Shown here piece by piece: positions 56,224-64,000 of a stretch of DNA of 64,000 nt (the stretch's first letter is position 1; every line of letters begins with the position of its first letter). Origin of the DNA: an uncultured Planctomycetota bacterium (lineage in GTDB: Bacteria; Planctomycetota; Planctomycetia; Isosphaerales; Isosphaeraceae); assembly GCA_963777695.1 (NCBI GenBank), contig CAVZRC010000001.1, positions 1,221,913 to 1,285,912 of the forward strand, in the 5' to 3' direction. The position numbers and the translations under genes were made by a program. Below the pieces are notes generated by a model. The model ran no database searches. It saw only the letters and a list, made by a program, of their open reading frames with translations, and had not been told where the DNA came from.

Positions 56224-59200
56224 TCACTCCGGATAAACAGGATCGTAGGGATAGGGATCATTGGGGTTCGGCCAGCGTGGACCGTTGTCGCCACCAGAGG
56301 GACAGGTTGCGAATGGCCATTCTCCGCTCAGGATACATTGCAATTGGCAATTCGTGCATTCCGCGAAAGTAACTGGCCAGTATCGCTTGCCTCGGCGAGT
56401 CTTGCCGTTCTTGACACCCCAAACGCACCACTGGTAATAGAAATCACACTTAGCCTCCTTGTCATCCACGCATCGGCAGACAGAGTTTAGGACAGTTTCA
56501 AAACTAGAATAAGGAATACAAAGGAAGGTATACGTGCATGTTCTTGTCCCCACATAGCATCCCGTGACCTGAAAGAACTTCTTTCCCTTCTTCTTGCAAT
56601 CCCACGCGCACCTTTGAAGAAAAGGAGGGGAGCAAGCCACTTGTGTCCACGACCAAGGTGTGCAGAGTAGTCCAGACGGATCAGTGTAGTAAACTGGATT
56701 TGACAAACAGAAGTTGTACTGACAAGATTCGAGGGGATCGCGACTAACAAAACGACCGAGTGCCGGATCATAGTATCGTGCCCGTACGTAGTAATCCTCT
56801 AAATCTTCATCGTAGTAGTAGCCCAGTCAACCTACATATCTAAAGGGGTTTACAGTCGATCCAGTGAAGAGTAAGCCGTTTCCGAATGAATCGTAGGCAT
56901 ATTCGTCGGTCACCGACATAGTACCACTAGTAAGTTGCCGCGTCGCCCCCAATGCATCGAACAAGTAGAACGAGTCTACACCGCTTCGTGTCTGAGAAAG
57001 CAGATTGCCGTATCTCGCAGGGTCTAGGGTATATACGACCTGAATGACATTACTAATATTGGTCTCCAGCAGGACATTCTGCTCATCCCAGACTTGATTG
57101 CTTGTGCCGATCGAATCCTGTTTTTGTACCCGCTGACCGTCGCCGTTATAGGTGAACGTATCTACGACACCCGACGGCAGAGAGACCCGGGTCAATCGAT
57201 TCTCTCCATCCCACATATTCGTTGTCAACTGGTTTCCCGGTGCCAAGGAGATCAGCAGGTTTCCATCTCCGTCGTAGGTGTTGGTCGTAACGCCCGTGCT
57301 GGTCTGGCTGGTCACCAACTCGTTGGCCGCGTTGAAAATGGAGGTCGTCGGTGTTCCTTTGTCCATCAGAAGCGTTCGATTGCCGACGGAATCGTACGTA
57401 TAGGAGATGTTGTAGCTGTTGGCCCCGCTCCTCTGTTCATTCGTCAATTGGTAGGTCGGATCGTAGGACCAGCTCACCACATCGCCATTCGCCTCGATGA
57501 CTTGAGTTCGGTTGCCGACCTGATTGTATGTATAATTGAAGCTTGATAAGGTTGCTCCGACAGAAGTCAGGTTGGCCAGCAACAGCACCCGATCGGCGTT
57601 ATCGTAAGTAGAGGAAGCCTGTGTTCCATTCGCGAGAAGGTTGGCGGTCACGCGGCTGGCCGCGTCGTATTGCCAACTGGACACTTGGTTTTCGGGATTG
57701 GTCAGCGAGCTGATCCGGCCGACCGGATCGAAGTTGTACGTGAACACGCCCGTGGGCTGGTTCATCATGGCACGCTGGCTCGCCGCGTCGTAGGCGTAGG
57801 AGATCGCCAGGCCAGCCGGATTGACCACGCTGCTCAGGCGGCCGACGGGGTCATAGCTCGACGTGTACACGCCGGTCCAGTCGCTCAGCACGGTGCGCTG
57901 GCTGTTGGCATCATAGCTCATCGAGGCGAAAGTGCCGTCCTGGTACTGCTGGGCTGTCAGACGACCAGCCGCATCGTATACGTAGCTCGTCCGCAAACCG
58001 CGGCCATCGATGCGTAGGGTGCGGCGGCTGGCGGAGTCGTACTGGTACGTGGAGACATTGTTAAGAGGGTCGGTCGCACCTGTCTGCCTTCCACAAGAAT
58101 CATACGTGAATGAATTTCGGCTGCCTCGTGCGTCGATTATTGCCAACAACTCGCCGATAGCGTCCAATACCTGCGTTGTCGCGAAGCCTTTGGCGTTGAT
58201 AGAGGCGAGGCGCCTTCCAACAGCGTCAAAAACCGTCGAACTGATGTTCCCCAGCGCATCCGTGACGAAATCGTCTGGCTCGCCGGTCAAACCCGTAACT
58301 CGTGCGATTGCCGAGTGGATCGATGGATGCTACTTGGCGGCTCGCTTTATCGTATACAATTGTGTTAACAAGACCTAGCGGATTGGTCGTGCTCATTCGG
58401 CGGCTGGCGGCGTCGTATTCCAAGCTGGTCCGGTTCCCAAGCGGATCGACCAACCCGATCAGGCGGTTTGCGGAGTCGAAGACGCTCGTATCGACGAAGC
58501 CCAGTGGGTTGGTAGAACTCACGGGACGTGTTGCGGCGTCGTATCCCGTGCTGGTCCGGTTGCCGAGCGGATCAACGGTCGCGATGAGCCGACTGGCCGC
58601 GTCAAATACCTGCGACGAGACGTAACCCAGCGGATTGGTGTTGCTGACCTGTCGGCTCGCGGCATCATACCCGATGCTGCTACGATTTCCAAGTGGATCG
58701 ATGCTCGCAATCATGCGGTCGACGGGATCGAACACGCCACTTGAGATATTTCCCAAGGGATCGATGTTGGCGATGATCCGGCTGGCATTGTCGTATGAAA
58801 TTGTATTGGTGTTTCCAGAGTGCATCCACGTTTGCAATGGGTCGGTTGGCCAGATCATAGATGGCGCTACTGGTGTAACCCAAGGCGTTCGTCGTGCTGA
58901 CCGGGCGACTGGCGGCGTCGTATCCCATGCTGGCCCGATTGCCCAGTGCATCGACCGACGCGATGAGCCGGCTTGCCGCGTCGAATATGCTCGTGCTCGT
59001 GTAGCCCAGCGGATTGGTGACGCTCACCGGCCGGTTCGCCGCATCGTATCCGAGGCTGCTGGTATTACCCAGAGGATCCACGTTTGCAACCAGTCGGCTC
59101 GCGGCATCAAATACGCGTGACCAAACGTTCCCCAGCGGATCCGTCCTACTGACCAGACGATGGGCGGCATCAAAACCAAAACTGGTGCGGTTGCCCAGCG

Positions 59201-62018
59201 GGTCAACGCTCGCGATCCGACGACTCACTCCGTCGAATACGGTCGTCCAGGTCGCCTCAAGCGGATTGGTCCGACCGATCGGGTTGCCGACCACATCGTA
59301 GCTGATCGAATTGGTATTCCCCAGAGGATCGACTGTGTTGATCAATCGCTGCAAGCTATCATAGGCCATCGAGGTCGTGGCTGATACAGCATTGGTCAAC
59401 GCGATCAGCTTGTTCGCCGCATTGTAAGCGTAGGACGTCCGGTTACTCAATGCATCAATCCGTGCAGTCAGGCGTCCTTGGTTATCGTATACGAAGGACG
59501 TCGCAAAGCCCAGCGGGTTGGTCGATGAGACCAGCCGGCCCGCCGTGTTGTAGCTGTAGCTCACGCGATTGCCCAGCGGATCGACCCTGGCGATCAACTT
59601 GTTCGCTCCGTCAAACACACTCGTCCAGATCGCACCGAGGGGGTTGGTCACGCTGACTCGGTTGCCCGCAGCGTCATAGCCAAAGGACACCACGTTCCCC
59701 AACGGGTCGGTCGTCGTGCTCAGCCGACTGTTGAGGTCGTAGGACCGGGTGACCACAAATCCCAGCGGGTTGATCAGTTGCGTCAGCCGGCTGTTGGCAT
59801 CCCACTGGAAAGTCGAGGTATTCCCCAGCGCATCGATCACGGTCGTGAGCCGGTTCACCTCGTCTCGCAGATAAGTCGCGATCGCGCCCAGCGGGTTCTG
59901 GACGGTCTGCACCATCCCATTGGCGTTGTAGGTATAGCTCGCCTGCTGGCCCAGCGCGTTGATCTGCCCGATCACCTGGCCCGACGCGTTGTAGACCTGG
60001 CTAGCGACCTGGCCCAGCGGGTTCCGGACCGCGAGCAACTGGCCGTTGCCGTTGTAGGAATAGGACGTCCCGTTCCCCTGCGCGTCGATGGCCCCGGTCC
60101 GGAGTCCGCCGGTCCAGATCAGGCTGGTGGCATTGCCCAGTTGGTCGACTACCGCCGAGACCTGGCCGCTACCGTTGTACAGGTAGGTAAAGATCCCGCC
60201 CAGCGGCTGGGTGATCGACGACAGGCTCTGGACGTTCGAAGTCAGGGTCACGTAGGCGAACGAGGTCGCGTTGCCCAAACCGTCCACGATCCCCGTGAGG
60301 AGATTGTTGGAATTCCAGGAGTAGCTGGTCCGATTGCCCACGCCGTCGATCGCCGAGCTGAGGCTCCCCATGCTATTGAAGTTGAGCGTCGAGACGAATC
60401 CCAGCGGATTGGTCACGAGCGTCTGGTTGCTGTTGTAGGTGAAGCTGGTGCGCTGGCCCAGCGGCGCCTGCGAGTAGAGCAGCCGGTTACTCCCATCGTA
60501 GCCGTAACTGGTCGTGTCCCCCAGGGGATTGACCCATCCGATCACCCGGTGCGAGCCGTCGTAAAGCAGGCTGGTGAGGCAGAGCTCGGGGCTGAGGGCC
60601 GTCGTCAGGTTGCCCGAGGAGTCCACGGTGAAACTCGTGCGCCGCCCCGCGGAGTCCTGGATGCTGCTGAGCTTCCCCGAGGTCGAGCCGTAGGCGAAGG
60701 TCGTCCGCCGCGTGAACGGATCCGCGATCGAGCTGACCCGATTGCTGGAATCGTACGCCACGGTCCAGGTGGCCCCGCTGGGATTCTGGATCGACAGCAA
60801 CGGCGCGTAGCCGAGAGTGCCGAGGTCCGAGCCATTGTAGGTATAGACCGTACCGTCGGGCGCCGTCTCGGTGATCGTGGCGAAAGGTCGTGCCGCGAAA
60901 AGCGAATTCACGGCGCCGGAGCCGGGAGCGGGCGTATACTGGCCGCCCAGGGGTGAACCGTTGGTATACGAATAGCTTTGGCCGGCGCCGGTCGTCACGA
61001 CGATTGGTGTGCCCGAGCCCTCGACCACGACCTGCCGCTTGAAGGAATGGCTCCAGCCGGAGCCGATCTCGGAGACCGTGGTGTTGGTGCTGTTATAAGA
61101 CAGCACGGGCGGGACATAATTTGCATCGCCAGCCGGCGGCGACAACTGCAACAACAGGTTGCCGCTGGACGGATTGTAGACGCAGCCGCCGCCCAGCGAA
61201 CCGCAGCCGCCGGTCGACAACGAGGGGATCGTCAGAGCACCACGGCTGCCGACTTGGGTCATGGCCGCGGCACGCCGGATGCCATCCTGACCCCCGCCCG
61301 CGGCACCCATCGCGAGTCGGAACTCCGGAGTATTGTTGAGGCCTGGGCCCGTTAGGGGAATGGAGCCGTAGCCGGATCTCACGACGCCACCACCACCGCC
61401 GGGTCCACCCGGTCCCCCGGGTCCGCCAGGTCCGGTCGGGCCACCACCCGTGCAGGGGCAAGTACCTCCGGTACCGCCGGTGCCACCTCCACCGCCTCCG
61501 CCACCGGACCCGGCCACAGGGCCGACGTTGTAGCCGGGCATGTCACCGCCTACGCCGAACCCTCCGTTCAGCATGCTGGGAGGGTTGCTACCGCCGCCCC
61601 CGACAGGGCCGCCGCCCCCGCCTCCTCCGCCCGGGGTGCAAGGTGTCGGCGTCGGGATCGCGCAATCGCTGCCACTCCCGTTCCCACCGCCGTTACCGCC
61701 GCCCCCGCCGCCGTTACCGCCGCCCCCTCCGCCCCCGCCGCCGTTACCGCCGCCCCCGGATGAACCGACCGGGATGATCGGCAGGATGGCGGGACTTAGG
61801 GTCGAGAGAATGGGGCCCGTAGTCGTGGGAGGATTGCCACCATTGGAACTCCCGCCACTTCCGTTCGAGCATGACGTCGGAGTCGGCGTCGGCGACGGAG
61901 AAGAACCCCCGCATGTCGAGGTGTCGTTGATCGCGATCGTGGACCCATTCGAGCCCGCCGTATTGCCCAGCGACGGCGGACAGGGCTGCGTATTGTCGGG
62001 CAGGAGGGTTACGGCCAT
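56224..62018 (-). CDS. Rhs/YD-repeat protein with Gly/Asn low-complexity N-terminus, Rhs core (PFRYVG...YYDPALGRF...DPSGL) and variable Cys-rich C-terminal domain; in-frame TGA at 56827-56829 plus frameshifts near 58280 and 58818
   Basis: Dozens of YD repeats (xxDPLGNxTSxxYD). Three track ORFs join into one gene. Core motif runs across the stop. Confidence 0.8.
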
Positions 62019-62647
62019 GATGCACCTCTCGGGGGCCGATGGATCGTGATCGATAGGAATTGGTACGCTGACGAACGCCTGATCCGGCGCCTTCGCGACT
62101 CGGACGAGCTCAGCGAGTTTCGGTCTCTCCAGGGGGATAGATACGGGTCGAGCGACCCAAACGACGCGCGGAATCCCCGATTTCTTGGAAGAATTCTCGT
62201 CGAACCGTAGCAGTATGCGTCAAATCGTTAGAGGTGACCACGGTCTCGCGGCCGTCGTCACGGGCCGCCTCCCCGTGTTGGGGCGTAACCGAGCAACCCT
62301 TAAGAGGCCCGATGAGCCATGGACAACATGTTTAAAATTGTCGAGCCTCTTGACATCCGCAACCAACAGATTAGGATCGGGGAGTGTCGAAGTTGACCCC
62401 CATGAGCCGGATCCGCCCTTTCGATATCACCCGATCGGAGGCTTATCCCTATCAATTCTGATTCGCTATGTGATCATAAGCCTCATATCATCAATGAATC
62501 GTCGTTCGACTATCGATCGATGAGTTGGCCTCCCGCCTCCGGGCGGAAAAGACCGGCTGAACCCGGTACACCAACCGATCAATCCAGGCATGAGAAGAGA
62601 TCCGGGATGCTCGCCTCCCTGTCGTCAGGCACGGATGGAGTTTCGCC

Positions 62648-63406
62648 ATGTCCAGGCGTTCGAGCCGGACGTATGAAGGTCAGGCGCCCAAGATCCACAT
62701 CGATCTCGATCCCGAGACATTGGAGTCGGTACGTGCGCATCTGGACGCCCGAGCCCGGCGATGCGAGCATCAGGAAGTCCGGTTGACCGAAGCCTGGGAC
62801 CGATTCTATGCGGCCTGCGATCCCCTCATCCGCCGGCTGGCCCGTCGTCGAGTCGGCCGAAGCTCGGATACCGATGACCGGGTTCAAGAAGTGTGGGGAC
62901 GGATCATCGGTCACTTCAATCAGTACGATCCCCGGCGCGGTCCGTTTCCCAACTGGCTGGCGATCTGCATCCGGAATGCCCTGACCGACCAGGACCGCAC
63001 CCATCACCCGCTGGGGCACCTCGATCGCGAATCGGAGCAACGACTCCCGGGCCGGGAACTGGATCCAAAGATAGCCTATGAGCGCATCCAGGAGCAGCGC
63101 AGGGTCCGCGCCGCAATCGAGATTCTGGCCACGGCAATCTCGAATACGAATTATCGGATCGTCCACGCCCGCTTGATCGAAGGGAAGACCTTTGCCGAGA
63201 TCGCCCCGGCGGTCGGCCTGTCGATGAAACAGGTCCGCGACCGCCATCACCGCACGTTGAACAATTCCGCGAGCGATATTGGGAGTACGGCTAGAGACGA
63301 GCTCAGGCCCCCTTCCGGGACGATTGGCTCTTGGACTCGTCCGCGGGAACCCAGTCGTCCTTCAGGCCAGCCTGTCGTCGCAGCCATCCCATCCAGTGGT
63401 CGATGA
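62648..63406 (+). CDS. ECF-type RNA polymerase sigma-70 family factor
   Basis: Region 2 (VQEVWGRIIGHFNQYDP...FPNWL) and region 4 HTH (FAEIAPAVGLSMKQVRDRHHRTL). 3' end overlaps a convergent ORF, so the exact stop is uncertain. Confidence 0.7.
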   Translation: MSRRSSRTYEGQAPKIHIDLDPETLESVRAHLDARARRCEHQEVRLTEAWDRFYAACDPLIRRLARRRVGRSSDTDDRVQEVWGRIIGHFNQYDPRRGPFPNWLAICIRNALTDQDRTHHPLGHLDRESEQRLPGRELDPKIAYERIQEQRRVRAAIEILATAISNTNYRIVHARLIEGKTFAEIAPAVGLSMKQVRDRHHRTLNNSASDIGSTARDELRPPSGTIGSWTRPREPSRPSGQPVVAAIPSSGR

Positions 63407-64000
63407 GATCGCGCTCGGCCTGCTGGCGAGCGACCATCTTGTACCGGAATTCCTCGCTGTTGGGCGTATAGTACAGCGTGGCGAAGGAGGCAGGCTCGCG
63501 CCGATCCAGGGCCATCGCGTAGAACACCGTCTCGGGCTGATTGGGTGCGACCGCGACGGAACCGTTCTGGAGCCCGAAATAGGCCTCGCGGAACGCGGTC
63601 CCTACCTGGTCAACCTCGGGGATCGGCGTGTCGTCGAGCTGTTCCATGTCGAATCGGCCGGGGAGCATGGATCCCTGTCGGCGCGGGATCGGCGGGATGG
63701 TCAGCACTCGGTAACCGTCGAGGGTGGTCTCCTTGATCGATCCGCCCTTCGTCTTGATCTGCTCGGCCATGAGTTCGGCGGCCTTGCGGGCCAGGGGTCG
63801 CGCCTTGCTCATCTTCCAGGCCAGCGAGACCTGCGGGCGGACTTCATCCAGCGACGGGGTCCGAGGCGCCGCATCCTTGATCTTGCGAGCTAGGTATCGC
63901 CGACCCAGAAAGTCGGCCAGCTCTTCCGGCTCGAACAGGCTGGTCTTGGTATCGAAGAACTCGTCGGCGAATTTCCGGCCGCCGCTCAACCGCGCCAGGC
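63303..64000 (-). CDS. hypothetical protein, 5' end beyond the window
   Basis: Open to the window edge on the minus strand. Confidence 0.4.
   Translation of the reverse strand, partial: LARLSGGRKFADEFFDTKTSLFEPEELADFLGRRYLARKIKDAAPRTPSLDEVRPQVSLAWKMSKARPLARKAAELMAEQIKTKGGSIKETTLDGYRVLTIPPIPRRQGSMLPGRFDMEQLDDTPIPEVDQVGTAFREAYFGLQNGSVAVAPNQPETVFYAMALDRREPASFATLYYTPNSEEFRYKMVARQQAERDLIDHWMGWLRRQAGLKDDWVPADESKSQSSRKGA

Noticed and set aside
59778-60956. 392-aa plus-strand ORF
   Set aside because: Antisense to the Rhs YD-repeat region.

Overview
This 64 kb window is high-GC (roughly 68%) and looks like Planctomycetes-type chromosome. Evidence for that is domain content: DUF1570, DUF4058, TM-anchored GspE-family ATPases and many BlaI/BlaR1-like pairs. 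Genes are densely packed on both strands. Main contents, in order:

- **Aminosugar locus (1750-8111).** Two LbH N-acetyltransferases, two DegT aminotransferases, an NAD epimerase/dehydratase, a Gfo/Idh/MocA oxidoreductase and a polyprenyl-phosphate GT2 make up a nucleotide-sugar amination/acetylation cluster.
- **Housekeeping.** Class I fumarase, hisF, glyQS, der, rnpA-yidD, rpsR, tRNA-Ser(GGA), hspR-cbpA, nifU-like, a PduO adenosyltransferase and an SDR.
- **Envelope and secretion.** pilT, a membrane-anchored GspE/PilB-like ATPase, cvpA, flotillin, a TolB-like PD40 protein, a vWA protein and a BlaI/BlaR1 pair.
- **Large glycosyltransferase genes.** A very large GT1(CgeB-like)-methyltransferase-GT2-GT2-TPR gene lies next to a TPR-GT4 gene.
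- **Accessory and repeat elements.**
  - A low-GC islet carries a small ORF plus an HNH endonuclease (10053-10784).
  - A roughly 83-bp palindromic repeat is present in two copies (6050, 28181).
  - Two TIR-bounded MITE-like units sit in tandem between the GT genes (52697-53075).
  - A shared GTCCCCnTTnTTCCGTCC tandem motif array occurs at two promoters (35393, 55561).
- **Rhs/YD locus (55631-62018, minus strand).** An Rhs/YD-repeat protein of about 1.9k aa has a poly-Gly tandem-repeat N-terminus, a low-GC Cys-rich C-terminal domain after the DPxGL motif, a downstream low-GC small ORF (immunity candidate) and an in-frame TGA inside the conserved Rhs core. A divergent ECF sigma factor lies upstream.

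Window-wide caveat: at least 15 genes need a single-base frame change to read through, including essential glyQS. This is most consistent with uncorrected indel sequencing errors rather than pseudogenes, so gene boundaries below are given as the frameshift-joined spans. Both window edges cut minus-strand genes.
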